NCBI GenBank assembly: GCA_051918525.1
Contig: JBPPZI010000002.1
Span: forward strand, 18,205 to 81,951
Source: Pseudogracilibacillus sp.
GTDB taxonomy: Bacteria; Bacillota; Bacilli; Bacillales; Amphibacillaceae
DNA length: 63,747 nucleotides
Direction of reading: 5' to 3'
The position numbers and the translations under genes were made by a program. Under the pieces are notes generated by a model that saw only the letters and a list, made by a program, of their open reading frames with translations, was not told the DNA's origin and ran no database searches. This document shows, piece after piece, positions 18,857 to 28,901 of this stretch; position 1 is the stretch's first letter; each line of letters starts with the position of its first letter.

Positions 18857-20335
18857 TTATAAAATAATTGCTATTAATCCTCCTGATCCCTCATTAATAA
18901 TTCTTTCTAGGGTATCTTTTAATTTATATCTAGCATTTTCAGGCATTAAAGATATTTTTGCTTGTATCCCTTCTCTCACAATAGAACTAAGTGAGCGTCC
19001 GAAAATATCTGAGTTCCAAATCGATAGAGGATCTTCTTCAAAATCTTGCATTAAATATTTGACGAGTTCTTCACTTTGCTTTTCTGTTCCAATAATTGGT
19101 GCAAATTCAGATTCCACTTCCACCTTAATCATATGGATGGACGGTGCTACTGCTTTAAGTCTAACTCCAAAGCGAGATCCTTGTTTAATAATTTCTGGTT
19201 CATCGAGCTCCATATCTTGTACAGAAGGAGCTGCAATACCATAACCGGTTTGCTTAACCATTTGCAATGCACCGGCAATTTGGTCATATTCTCGCTTAGC
19301 ATGTGTAAAATCCTGCATTAATGCAAGTAAATGATCTTTTCCTCGAATTTCTTCTCCAACGATTTCTTTTAATATATTTTCATATAGATTTTGTGGTGCA
19401 AATAAATCTATTTCTGCAATCCCTTCTCCCATTTCCATACCCGAAATCTCTGCATGATCAATATATTCGTATTCAGAGAATTCATTAACGATACTGTTTA
19501 CATCTCTTAATCGTTTAATATTTCTAACTGTCGTTTGAATTGCTTCTTCATAATTGCGTTTTAGCCAATGATTATCATGTAAAACCATTACCCAGCTCGG
19601 TAAATTGACGTTTACTTCAAGTACTGGAAATTCAAATAAAGATTCTCTTAATACATTAAATACATCATGTTCATTCATTGTTTCAATACTCATACATAAA
19701 ACCGGCACATCATGTTCTTCCGCCAATCTCTGGCGTAACAATTCGGTATCTTTATCAGTAGGACGGGCGGAATTAACGATCATAATAAACGGTTTTCCAA
19801 CTTCCTTTAATTCATGGATTACTTTTGTTTCTGCATCAACATAATCAGCTCTTGGAATATCCCCAATGGTTCCGTCTGTTGTAATTACAATACCGATAGT
19901 TGAATGCTCCTGAATTACTTTTCTCGTTCCAATTTCTGCAGCATCATGAAATGGAATAGGGTCCTCATACCATGGGGTATTAATCATCCTAGGACCATCT
20001 TCATCTTCAAATCCTTTCGCTCCGTCAACTGCGTATCCAACACAATCAACAAGGCGAACATTCACATCTAATCCATCTTCAATATTGATTGATACTGCTT
20101 GGTTTGGAATAAATTTTGGTTCTGTTGTCATAATCGTCCTGCCAGCAGCACTTTGAGGTAATTCATCATGTGCACGGATCCGATCATTTTCCTCTGTGAT
20201 ATTTGGCAAAACAACTAATTCCATAAAACGTTTGATAAAAGTTGATTTACCTGTTCTAACAGCCCCGACTATTCCTAAATAAACATCCCCGTTCGTTCGT
20301 TTAGAAATATCTTTAAAAATATCAATCTTATCCAA
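18857..20335 (-). CDS. spoIVA: Stage IV sporulation protein A (spore coat ATPase)
   Basis: GAVRTGKST, ELPQSAAG, C-terminal GSGGLIAIIL; TTG start after RBS gives 492 aa. Confidence 0.97.
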   Translation of the reverse strand: MDKIDIFKDISKRTNGDVYLGIVGAVRTGKSTFIKRFMELVVLPNITEENDRIRAHDELPQSAAGRTIMTTEPKFIPNQAVSINIEDGLDVNVRLVDCVGYAVDGAKGFEDEDGPRMINTPWYEDPIPFHDAAEIGTRKVIQEHSTIGIVITTDGTIGDIPRADYVDAETKVIHELKEVGKPFIMIVNSARPTDKDTELLRQRLAEEHDVPVLCMSIETMNEHDVFNVLRESLFEFPVLEVNVNLPSWVMVLHDNHWLKRNYEEAIQTTVRNIKRLRDVNSIVNEFSEYEYIDHAEISGMEMGEGIAEIDLFAPQNLYENILKEIVGEEIRGKDHLLALMQDFTHAKREYDQIAGALQMVKQTGYGIAAPSVQDMELDEPEIIKQGSRFGVRLKAVAPSIHMIKVEVESEFAPIIGTEKQSEELVKYLMQDFEEDPLSIWNSDIFGRSLSSIVREGIQAKISLMPENARYKLKDTLERIINEGSGGLIAIIL

Positions 20336-20396
20336 GTGGTTCCCTCCTCTTCCAAATAACAAACAAAATTTTCCCCATAAGTCCGATACTAATATA

Positions 20397-20426
20397 AGTC
20401 TATGATGTTGTCCGATTAAAATATGA
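20397..20426 (-). promoter_or_regulatory. Putative sigma-E promoter of spoIVA
   Basis: Minus strand TCATATT-15 nt-CATAGACT; spoIVA is sigma-E dependent in B. subtilis. Confidence 0.65.
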
Positions 20427-20510
20427 CTTGAAATATGATAAACATTATGTATTTAATCCATAGAAAAACCCCTTGTAACACCATATGCTACAAGGGGGAA
20501 AATAGACTAA

Positions 20511-21230
20511 TTATTTATTTAAAAAAACTGGTTCATTATTTTCTACCGTATACGGTAAAGAATATGCCGGTACGAATGGATAATGATCTTCAAGTATAGG
20601 CCTGATATCGTCTCCTGTTTGATAGGTATGATCAAACTCTTCCAAGGCTTGTTTAAGATCAATACGATAGTCAATATGAATTTTACCATCTGTATCTATA
20701 AGAAGTGGTAAGTTTTCATTTGAATAAGGACTAATAACATGTGGTTCTGATTTATATCCTAATTTTTTATAATTTAACTTATAAAGATCTGGAGCAATTT
20801 GTTCACCAAAAGGAGGATAAATGTTTTTAGAACGGTAAATATCTAGTTTAACATTTACTGATCTAATTTCTTCTGTCAATCTTAAATCGATTAATTTAAC
20901 CCTTGGATCATCCTCTGGTGTCACAATTATGTATTGATATACTCCACCATTTTCGTAAGCAGTACCGGGTATTTCTGATAACAATTGATGTTCTTTTAAT
21001 AGAGAAAAATCAATCAAATATTTTTCATAAATATCAACATCACTCGATTTTGTTTTTATCGGAACTAATCCGTTCGTTTCTTCTACATATTGCAAAACTG
21101 CTGTTTGAACCATGTCTAATTGCGCTTCATTTGGGATTTGATTTTTAGCTAATTCATTTTGTGGATATAAACAGCCAGTTAATAAACCAACTATTAATAG
21201 ACCGATAAATATGATGTATGCTTTTTTCAC
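20511..21230 (-). CDS. yphF: YphF-like lipoprotein
   Basis: Lipobox LLTGC-LYP, Y.KY.IDF, AYENGGVYQY; synteny. Confidence 0.85.
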   Translation of the reverse strand: MKKAYIIFIGLLIVGLLTGCLYPQNELAKNQIPNEAQLDMVQTAVLQYVEETNGLVPIKTKSSDVDIYEKYLIDFSLLKEHQLLSEIPGTAYENGGVYQYIIVTPEDDPRVKLIDLRLTEEIRSVNVKLDIYRSKNIYPPFGEQIAPDLYKLNYKKLGYKSEPHVISPYSNENLPLLIDTDGKIHIDYRIDLKQALEEFDHTYQTGDDIRPILEDHYPFVPAYSLPYTVENNEPVFLNK

Positions 21231-21242
21231 ATTGATGCCCCC

Positions 21243-21440
21243 TTAACCAGTTGGTCCACTTATAACAATAAATAAAACAATTAATCCACCTGCAATAAAA
21301 CAAATATAAGCTAGAATGGAAATAATTATACTAAAAATTCCTTGCAATTTCCTTCTACTTAATTGGATAAGAGCAATTGCCAAAATAAGGAGTCCAATCC
21401 CTACGAAAGATATAATTTCTTTTATTTCTGCTGCGCTCAT
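21243..21440 (-). CDS. yphE: DUF2768 small membrane protein YphE
   Basis: Two TM helices, LSR.KL, terminal SGPT; synteny. Confidence 0.75.
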   Translation of the reverse strand: MSAAEIKEIISFVGIGLLILAIALIQLSRRKLQGIFSIIISILAYICFIAGGLIVLFIVISGPTG

Positions 21441-21569
21441 TTTTTCACTCCTACGCCTGTCCAATGTCTAAAAGTTATTATTCCTCATCCATTATATCAA
21501 ATCAAGCAAAAAACTAAACTGTAACGTTGCTATTACGATAGACTAGTTGCGGAAAGAACTAACCGACAA

Positions 21570-21750
21570 GCAATTTACAGAATAAGAGAGTACTTCCTAG
21601 AGTTGAATTTCCTTTGGTCAGCTTTTGTAGCGATCTCCGGCTCCTGTGATTATTCATCGCAATTAATACTGTATTCTGTTCCTCTTTTGCCTTACGTAAC
21701 TTTATCTATCATTACATGAATGATTCACTGTAACTATGTTAAATATCATT
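21570..21750 (-). pseudogene. Possible highly degenerate transposase C-terminal remnant (IS1182/IS4-like)
   Basis: Minus-strand fragments IVTVNH / LRKAKEEQNT / PEIATKADQRKF in shifting frames resemble DDE transposase C-termini (by eye only). Confidence 0.25.
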
Positions 21751-21810
21751 TCCTAGTCGATGAAATATTGGTGTATTTAGACACAAAAATGCCTCATTTT
21801 CCATGTTAAT

Positions 21811-21912
21811 TAGAATACTTGGCTTATCTCCAAGTCTTGGCGAGAGTATGAGTTGCACTTACGTCGCGCTTTTAGCCAGTGAGCGAGTCAAGAAAGTTTT
21901 CTTATCTGCCAA
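21811..21912 (+). repeat. Dispersed repeat family B, copy B3 (short form)
   Basis: tagaatacttggcttatc, ttggcgagagtatgagttgcacttacg (identical in B2), ttttagccagtgagc, ttatctgccaa. Confidence 0.85.
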
Positions 21913-22053
21913 TAAAAATCTGGAATGACTCACGATAAGCCATTCCAGACCGACTAAACAATACCCAGCATCTCTATTTGAAGTTTACTGTTGCGTTTTA
22001 TAATATGCATATGGTTTTTAAATTGTATCTTCTCTAGCCCATGTTAAGCGATT

Positions 22054-22311
22054 TTAATCAAAAAATCTTCGTAATGAATCCATTGATGACGGAATTTCAT
22101 TGTTGATTATGGAACGTACAATCTGATTTTCTTTATCTTTGGAAATTGGTCGATTTGCTAGATTTGATAAACGACGAACAAGAGACCTAATCGTCGCTTC
22201 GTCCGATAAGTCATCAAATTGAATCGAATGTGCAATATTATATATTTCATCAATCGAAATATTTGATCTGTCTTCAATTTCTTCCATTATTTTTTTTGCA
22301 TTTTGATCCAA
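22054..22311 (-). CDS. Stage VI sporulation protein F (SpoVIF) family protein
   Basis: IA.SIQ..DLSDE.TIR.LVRRLS.LAN.PISKDKE motif; TTG start after RBS. Confidence 0.75.
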   Translation of the reverse strand: MDQNAKKIMEEIEDRSNISIDEIYNIAHSIQFDDLSDEATIRSLVRRLSNLANRPISKDKENQIVRSIINNEIPSSMDSLRRFFD

Positions 22312-22381
22312 GATACATTCCCCTCCCTGCGTTCTCAAAAGTAGTATATGCAGGGAAAGTTTAATATGTTTATGTTATTTA

Positions 22382-23407
22382 TCACGAACCATTTATCGAT
22401 GAAAAATCGTCCATTTCTTGTTTTTTATCCCGATTCATCAGTTGCTCAACAACAAATTTAGGTTTTTTATCATTAAATAAAATATCATAAAGACCATTCG
22501 TAATCGGCATTTCTACATTCATACTTTTACTTAATTGATGCGCTGCTTTTGTAGTTCTAACCCCTTCCACAACCATATTCATTTTACTTAACACTTCGTC
22601 TAACGAGTTACCTTTCCCCAATAAATTACCTGCTCGCCAATTTCTACTATGAACGCTTGTAGAGGTTACAATTAAATCCCCAACACCACACAAACCAAGA
22701 AACGTTAATGGTTTTGCACCCATCGCTGTTCCAAGTCTTGTAATTTCCGTTAACCCTCTAGTTATTAATGCTGCTTTAGCATTATCTCCAAAACCGAGAC
22801 CATCCGATATTCCGGCCCCTAATGCAATAATATTTTTTAATGCACCTCCAAGTTCAACTCCAATGACATCCGAGCTCGTATAAACGCGAAAAGCTTCATT
22901 TATAAAAAGGCTTTGGATAAATTTAGCTCTATTTTCATTTTTAGCGGCAACTGTTACGGTAGTAGGGTGACGTAGAGCAACTTCTTCCGCGTGACTTGGA
23001 CCGGATAATACGACAATATCATCCGTTTGATATGCTGGAATTTCTTCACCAATTATTTCTGAGACTCTTTTAAACGTTTCGGGTTCTATTCCTTTGGCAG
23101 CATGAACGATTGTAACATCTTCTGGCAAATCATCTCGAACCAATCTGCAAACTTCCCGAATCGCACTTGAAGGAACGACAAAACAAATCGCCTCAACTTC
23201 ATTTATTGCGTCTTTAATTTCATGATAAGCTTTAATTCTCTTTGGTAGACTAACGTCCAGGTAACGATTGTTTGTATGGGAAATATTAATTTCATCAACC
23301 TGTTCTTTTCGATGCGACCATAACCTAACGTCGTACCCTTTATCCGCCAAGACGATAGCTAAAGCAGTTCCCCAACTTCCTGCACCTAATACTGCAACTT
23401 TTCTCAT
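22382..23407 (-). CDS. gpsA: NAD(P)H-dependent glycerol-3-phosphate dehydrogenase
   Basis: GAGSWGTALA, LSGPSHAEEV, GALKNIIA, SRN. Confidence 0.96.
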   Translation of the reverse strand: MRKVAVLGAGSWGTALAIVLADKGYDVRLWSHRKEQVDEINISHTNNRYLDVSLPKRIKAYHEIKDAINEVEAICFVVPSSAIREVCRLVRDDLPEDVTIVHAAKGIEPETFKRVSEIIGEEIPAYQTDDIVVLSGPSHAEEVALRHPTTVTVAAKNENRAKFIQSLFINEAFRVYTSSDVIGVELGGALKNIIALGAGISDGLGFGDNAKAALITRGLTEITRLGTAMGAKPLTFLGLCGVGDLIVTSTSVHSRNWRAGNLLGKGNSLDEVLSKMNMVVEGVRTTKAAHQLSKSMNVEMPITNGLYDILFNDKKPKFVVEQLMNRDKKQEMDDFSSINGS

Positions 23408-23420
23408 ATTCAATTCTCCT

Positions 23421-24731
23421 TTAACTTCTTTGTCTAGCAATAATTTTTATTGGTGTACCCGTATAACCAAAAGATTCTCTAATTCTATTTTCAATAAAAC
23501 GTTTAAAAGAAAAATGCATTATTTCAGGGTCATTAACAAACACAACAAAAGTTGGTGGTTTCACAGCAACTTGTGTTGTATATAGTACTTTAAGTCGTTT
23601 TCCCTTTACTGTAGGAGTTGGATTTACAGCAAGTGCATCCATAATAACATCATTTAATACATTTGTTGGAATTCGCTTCGTGTGACTCTCGCTGACAAGT
23701 TTAATAATTGGTATTAATCTTTGAAGACGTCTTTTCGTTTTTGCAGATAAAAAGACGATAGGTGCATAGTCCAAAAATTGAAACTCATCTTTTATATCTT
23801 CTTCAAATTGTTTCATCACTTTTTCTCCAGGTTCAACCGTATCCCATTTATTTACTACGATTACAATCGCTCTTCCTGCATCATGAGCGTATCCTGCAAT
23901 TGTTTTATCTTGTTCACGAATTCCTGTTTCTGCATCAATAACGACGAGTACTACATCTGAGCGATCAATCGCCTTTAAAGCCCGGAGAACACTATATTTC
24001 TCTGTTGATTCGTACACTTTACCTCGTTTTCTGATTCCAGCTGTATCGATAATAACAAAGTCTTGATTATCCTTATGTATGAACGTATCGACAGCGTCTC
24101 TTGTGGTTCCTTCAATGTCACTCACAATAACCCGTTCTTCGTTTAGTATCGCATTTACTAAAGATGATTTACCAACATTTGGACGTCCTATAACACTAAA
24201 GTATATTACTTCATCATCTTCTTTTTCATCATCGACCTCGGGAAAATGCCGAATTACTTCATCTAATAAGTCCCCTAAACCTAACCCATGAGTTCCTGAT
24301 ATTGGGTAAGGATCTCCAAATCCAAGTGCATAAAATTCATAAATTCGATCGCGCATTTCCGGGTTATCTATTTTATTTACAGCCAAAACGGTAGGTTTCT
24401 TTGATCTATATAGTAATTTTGCTACTTCTTCATCGGCAGCTGTTACACCGTCTCTACCATTAACTAAAAAGATAATAACATCAGCTTCTTCAATTGCTAT
24501 CTCGGCTTGATGTCTAATCTTTGATAACAGAGGTTCATCTGTTATTTCAATTCCGCCAGTGTCAATAATGTTAAAATGCGTAGACAACCATTCAACTTCC
24601 GCATAGATGCGATCTCGCGTCACTCCAGGTATATCCTCTACGATGGAAACCCTTTCTCCAATTAGACGGTTAAATATTGTTGATTTTCCTACATTAGGTC
24701 TTCCCACGATTGCTACTGTAGCTTTTTTCAT
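23421..24731 (-). CDS. der: Ribosome biogenesis GTPase Der (EngA)
   Basis: Two GRPNVGKS G-domains. Confidence 0.98.
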   Translation of the reverse strand: MKKATVAIVGRPNVGKSTIFNRLIGERVSIVEDIPGVTRDRIYAEVEWLSTHFNIIDTGGIEITDEPLLSKIRHQAEIAIEEADVIIFLVNGRDGVTAADEEVAKLLYRSKKPTVLAVNKIDNPEMRDRIYEFYALGFGDPYPISGTHGLGLGDLLDEVIRHFPEVDDEKEDDEVIYFSVIGRPNVGKSSLVNAILNEERVIVSDIEGTTRDAVDTFIHKDNQDFVIIDTAGIRKRGKVYESTEKYSVLRALKAIDRSDVVLVVIDAETGIREQDKTIAGYAHDAGRAIVIVVNKWDTVEPGEKVMKQFEEDIKDEFQFLDYAPIVFLSAKTKRRLQRLIPIIKLVSESHTKRIPTNVLNDVIMDALAVNPTPTVKGKRLKVLYTTQVAVKPPTFVVFVNDPEIMHFSFKRFIENRIRESFGYTGTPIKIIARQRS

Positions 24732-24813
24732 GAAAGGACATCCTTCCTAAATTAATTCAAATCTTTATTCATTTTATCAAAATCGTTAAGTTATCACAAT
24801 TTGTTCTATCTTC

Positions 24814-25398
24814 TTATACTACGTTTCTCCGAAATTTATTTGAAATTGTAAATAGACATGTCTGAATAAATTGTATGATGATGAGCAAAAGTATTGTAAT
24901 ACTTATATGAATAAAAAATGTATGTTCTCCAATAATATTATTTAATCGATAACTGATGACAATCATTTCATAAATCAGTTGACCGAATGTTATTCCAACC
25001 AGTGCTGCAGTTATTTGTTCATATTGTTTTGGTAAAAGAAACGAAACTACTACTACACTAAGAACTGGTATCATAAAGTAGGAAGGCATAAAAAACCATA
25101 TTGGTGTTATTTTTTTCCACATGAGTAAGGAAACATATCCTATCATAATGGGAAATGTGGCGATCATTTTATAAATAGAAAAAACATCGGTTACATAAAA
25201 AATGATTACACTTAATAAAAAGCATAGGAATGCTATAGAAACAGAAACACCATTGATGTTTAAAGACATATTTGTAGTGATGATTGTTATTAATATCCAA
25301 AACAAAAATAGTGTGCGTTTCCTTCCAGTATCCATAAAAAAATAAACGATAATAAAAATTATCCACATTAGCCAATAAAAAAGAAATTCTTCATTCAT
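24814..25398 (-). CDS. yphA: YphA family membrane protein
   Basis: FYW..W...FF N-terminus, P.W; synteny upstream of der. Confidence 0.7.
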   Translation of the reverse strand: MNEEFLFYWLMWIIFIIVYFFMDTGRKRTLFLFWILITIITTNMSLNINGVSVSIAFLCFLLSVIIFYVTDVFSIYKMIATFPIMIGYVSLLMWKKITPIWFFMPSYFMIPVLSVVVVSFLLPKQYEQITAALVGITFGQLIYEMIVISYRLNNIIGEHTFFIHISITILLLIIIQFIQTCLFTISNKFRRNVV

Positions 25399-25577
25399 TT
25401 ACATCACCTTCTATCATAACAGTATGTATGAATTAAATAAGCTTTATACTTTTAATAGAAAGTGATTGAATATACATTTGCATGGTAAACAGGGACAAAA
25501 GAGTTTTGTTCATAGAGAAATCCGAACTATGATCCAAACTTTAATTGAAAAAGTTTGGGATAGTTCGGATTGGTTTT

Positions 25578-25969
25578 TCCATAAACTGTGCAGTCAAGTT
25601 CGAATAGTGATAGTCTCTACCGCTACGGAAATACACTGCGCTTTCCGCAGGCGGCTGATGAGCCTTCCTTGTGCTGCGCACTGCGTTGTCTCACCTAGGC
25701 CTTTCCTCCTGCAGGAGTCTCCGTGTATTTCCTTCGCTGTGACGGTATAGAAAACGTCTCTAAGCTGTTTGATACTATCACAATGGTTGATTGGAGCCGG
25801 AGGGCAGTCGACTCCTGTGGGAAAAGCACGTGTCTGAAGACTCAGAAGCAGTGGTTTTCTGCTTCAGAGGCTGAAGCCGTGCCCACGGAAAGCGTACTGC
25901 CCGGAGGCGGAAATCAACGAAGCTATTACTTGTATTTAAATTTTCATTACTACACAGTAAACTTCAACT
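25578..25969. repeat. Repeat family A, copy A2
   Basis: tccataaactgtgcagt end, module 1 (ccgctacggaaatacac..gtgtatttccttcgctg), module 2 (ttgattggagccggaggg..ggcggaaatcaac), ttttcattactacacagt end. Confidence 0.92.
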
Positions 25970-26068
25970 TCGGATTAGATTCATATCATGAAATTGTAAC
26001 GTTCTATGCGTACTGTCTGCATTAGAATTTCTTGTTTCGTTATGTCCTAATCTTTTTGTCAGTTCGTT

Positions 26069-27193
26069 TTATTGTTTATATTTATCTAATTTATCGCCAA
26101 TCATATCTCCTAGTTGAAAACTTGACGACTCTTCTTCGCGTTCGTATTGTTCAATTTCACCTTGTTCTTTTTCTTGTTCGATTTCTTTAATACTTAAAGA
26201 AATTCGCTGTTCATTTTCATCGACACCCAATACTTTTGCAACTATTTTCTGTCCAACTTCTAGAACCTCATCTGGAGTTCCGATATGACGGTTAGCGATC
26301 TGTGAAATGTGAACAAGACCTTCTACACCGTCTTCGATCTCAACAAAGGCACCGAAATTAACAATCCGTTTAACAACGCCTTCAACCTTATCACCAGGAT
26401 TGATACGATTTTCAATACCTGACCATGGACCTGGTAATGTGTTTTTATATGATAATGAAATTCGTTCATTTTCTAAATCCACGGATAAAACTTCTACGTT
26501 AATTTTATCGCCCTCTGATAAGACATCCGATACTTGATCGACATGTGTATGAGCAAGTTCAGAAATATGTACGAGTCCATCAACTCCACCAATATCCACA
26601 AATGCACCGAAATTAGTTATTCGTTGTACGGTTCCTTCAACGATTTGTCCTGCTTCCAATGATTCTAAAAGTTCAGCTTTCTTCTTCTCTTGTTCTGCTT
26701 CTACGACTGCACGATGGGACAGAATAATTCTATTTTGTTCTTTATTTAAATCAACAATTTTCACTTGCAATTTTTTGTTCTTATAATCTGAAAAATCTTC
26801 TACAAAATATGTTTCCACGAGAGAGGCAGGTATGAAACCCCTTAAACCAACATCAACCACAAGCCCACCTTTTACAATTTCCTTTACTTCTGTCTCAAAT
26901 ATTTCATTTTGATCAAATTTTTGCTGTAGATCTTCCCAAGCTTTTTCTGCATCTACCATTTTTTTCGATAAAACGACTTCTTCATCATCCATTTTCTTTA
27001 CTTGTAATGTTAGTTCGTCCCCCTCTTTTACAACATCACCAGGATTTTCCACATGAAGATGGGATAATTCACTAATTGGTATAACTCCTTCTGACTTATA
27101 ACCAATATCAACAAAAACTTGTTTTTCATCAACTTTTACAACAGTACCTGTTACAATACTTCCGACTTGTAATTCATTGTTTGATTCCACCAT
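26069..27193 (-). CDS. rpsA: 30S ribosomal protein S1 homolog (four S1 domains)
   Basis: Repeated FGAFV..GLVHIS S1 motifs. Confidence 0.95.
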   Translation of the reverse strand: MVESNNELQVGSIVTGTVVKVDEKQVFVDIGYKSEGVIPISELSHLHVENPGDVVKEGDELTLQVKKMDDEEVVLSKKMVDAEKAWEDLQQKFDQNEIFETEVKEIVKGGLVVDVGLRGFIPASLVETYFVEDFSDYKNKKLQVKIVDLNKEQNRIILSHRAVVEAEQEKKKAELLESLEAGQIVEGTVQRITNFGAFVDIGGVDGLVHISELAHTHVDQVSDVLSEGDKINVEVLSVDLENERISLSYKNTLPGPWSGIENRINPGDKVEGVVKRIVNFGAFVEIEDGVEGLVHISQIANRHIGTPDEVLEVGQKIVAKVLGVDENEQRISLSIKEIEQEKEQGEIEQYEREEESSSFQLGDMIGDKLDKYKQ

Positions 27194-27325
27194 ATGTATT
27201 CACTCCTAAGCACTATTTAAAAACAACTATTTATAGAGAAACTAACATTTTCCTTTTCATATAGTATAACATGAAATCTATCTTGATAATAACTTCTTAT
27301 AATATATTTCATTTGTCAAGTGAAA

Positions 27326-28030
27326 TTATTGTAAATGACCTTCGTTTTTTTGAAGAAAATGATTAACTTCGTTCAAAATTTCTTCTACAACTTGATCAAT
27401 TGATAACTCTGTTGTATCAATTGCAATTGCATCCTCTGCCTGAATTAATGGAGATGTTTCCCGGTTCATATCTCGGTTGTCTCTTTCTTTTATTTCTAAT
27501 TTTAATTGTTCGAGATCAGAGGCAATCCCCCTTCTTTTGTTTTCACCATATCTTCTTTTCGCTCTTTCATCTACAGAAGCTATTAGAAATATTTTAACTT
27601 CGGCATGAGGTAAAACATTCGTTCCTATATCGCGTCCATCCATTACAACACTCTTATTCTCCGCAAGCTTTCTTTGCCTTTCCACCATATCTTCACGAAT
27701 CAGTGGATGTTTTGCTACAAGAGAAACAGAATTGGAAACGACCTGTGATCGAATGGCTTCTGTAACATCCTTCCCATCCAATAAGATTATTTGTTCTTTT
27801 CCGTTCTCTTTTTGATTTAAAGTAATTGTTGTCTCGTGTAGTAATTCAACTAAAGATTTTTCATCTTCTAGATCAACCCCGCACTCTATTGCTTTTAACG
27901 TGAATGCACGATACATTGCACCTGTATCTATATACACAATGGATAATTTTCGAGCAATTTTTTTGGCTACAGTACTTTTTCCCGCTGCAGCTGGTCCATC
28001 AATTGCGATTCTTATCTTCTCACTCATCAT
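27326..28030 (-). CDS. cmk: Cytidylate kinase
   Basis: IAIDGPAAAGKST, DTGAMYR, MDGRDIGT. Confidence 0.97.
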   Translation of the reverse strand: MMSEKIRIAIDGPAAAGKSTVAKKIARKLSIVYIDTGAMYRAFTLKAIECGVDLEDEKSLVELLHETTITLNQKENGKEQIILLDGKDVTEAIRSQVVSNSVSLVAKHPLIREDMVERQRKLAENKSVVMDGRDIGTNVLPHAEVKIFLIASVDERAKRRYGENKRRGIASDLEQLKLEIKERDNRDMNRETSPLIQAEDAIAIDTTELSIDQVVEEILNEVNHFLQKNEGHLQ

Positions 28031-28105
28031 ACGTTCCCCCTACTTCACTGAAAGTAACCTTATTGTATGAAAAAACTTGGCAAAATGCCAAGTTTACGAT
28101 TTAAT

Positions 28106-28774
28106 TTATAAAATGCCCTGTTTTCTTTTTTTCCTTAACGTATAAAAACAGTATTGAATAATTTTTTCTTGATCATTTTGTTGGTCAAAGTGATATTTTA
28201 TTGACATGATGCGAATTTCTCCTAAACGTTGAAATCGAATAAATTCCGCTTCCGTTGTTATATAATCGTATGTATTGTTTTCCCATTGTAAAACTAAATA
28301 AACGTTTAATTTATTAACCGATTCTAAACTTATTTCTGGAGGAATAATAACTGCAGCTCCGCCACCACTTATATCATATGTTACAGAAGTAAAAGGATTA
28401 AAAGAATTATTCAGACAATGAATTGCAATATCAACATTTGTCTTTATTCGTACAAATTCTCTACGCTGGATTCTTCGTACTTCTTCTATCTTAGGAATAG
28501 GAATTGCTAAAGCAGGAACAGTTAATTTGTTATAGGCTTTAATCGGTGCCGAAAACTCATAAACTTTTTCAGCAACTGTATAGACAACAGAAAAATATCT
28601 GTTTGGTGTTAGAGCGCCACTCTTTGTCGACCTAATATTAATAGGATAATCTACATACAAAAACTGCTCATCTTTATCAATTATTCTGCATCGTAAGGAT
28701 TCCTTAGCATATTTTTCATGTTTTACCGTAATTGAATCACCTATTTTGAATCCTATTCCTTCCATTTCCGTCAC
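28106..28774 (-). CDS. ypfA: PilZ-domain c-di-GMP-binding flagellar brake (YpfA/MotI/DgrA)
   Basis: QRREFVR and DISGGG PilZ motifs; synteny. Confidence 0.88.
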   Translation of the reverse strand: MTEMEGIGFKIGDSITVKHEKYAKESLRCRIIDKDEQFLYVDYPINIRSTKSGALTPNRYFSVVYTVAEKVYEFSAPIKAYNKLTVPALAIPIPKIEEVRRIQRREFVRIKTNVDIAIHCLNNSFNPFTSVTYDISGGGAAVIIPPEISLESVNKLNVYLVLQWENNTYDYITTEAEFIRFQRLGEIRIMSIKYHFDQQNDQEKIIQYCFYTLRKKRKQGIL

Positions 28775-28901
28775 CTCTATACTAGGTACTTTGTTCTATT
28801 CTCATTACATATTATGCCATACTACTTTGTGAAATGGAAGGCTATAGGAAACTTGATTAAATTGATTAATTGTTAAATGCTTGATTTAAATGCAAAACGT
28901 T

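Noticed and set aside
25650-25670. ctgatgag in repeat A2 resembling a hammerhead ribozyme core (also ctgatga near 7012)
   Set aside because: Other copies read ctgttgag, and no correctly placed GAAA or three-stem junction was found
25975-26068. Possible fni (ypgA) remnant after rpsA
   Set aside because: Only a few residues of vague similarity; not supportable
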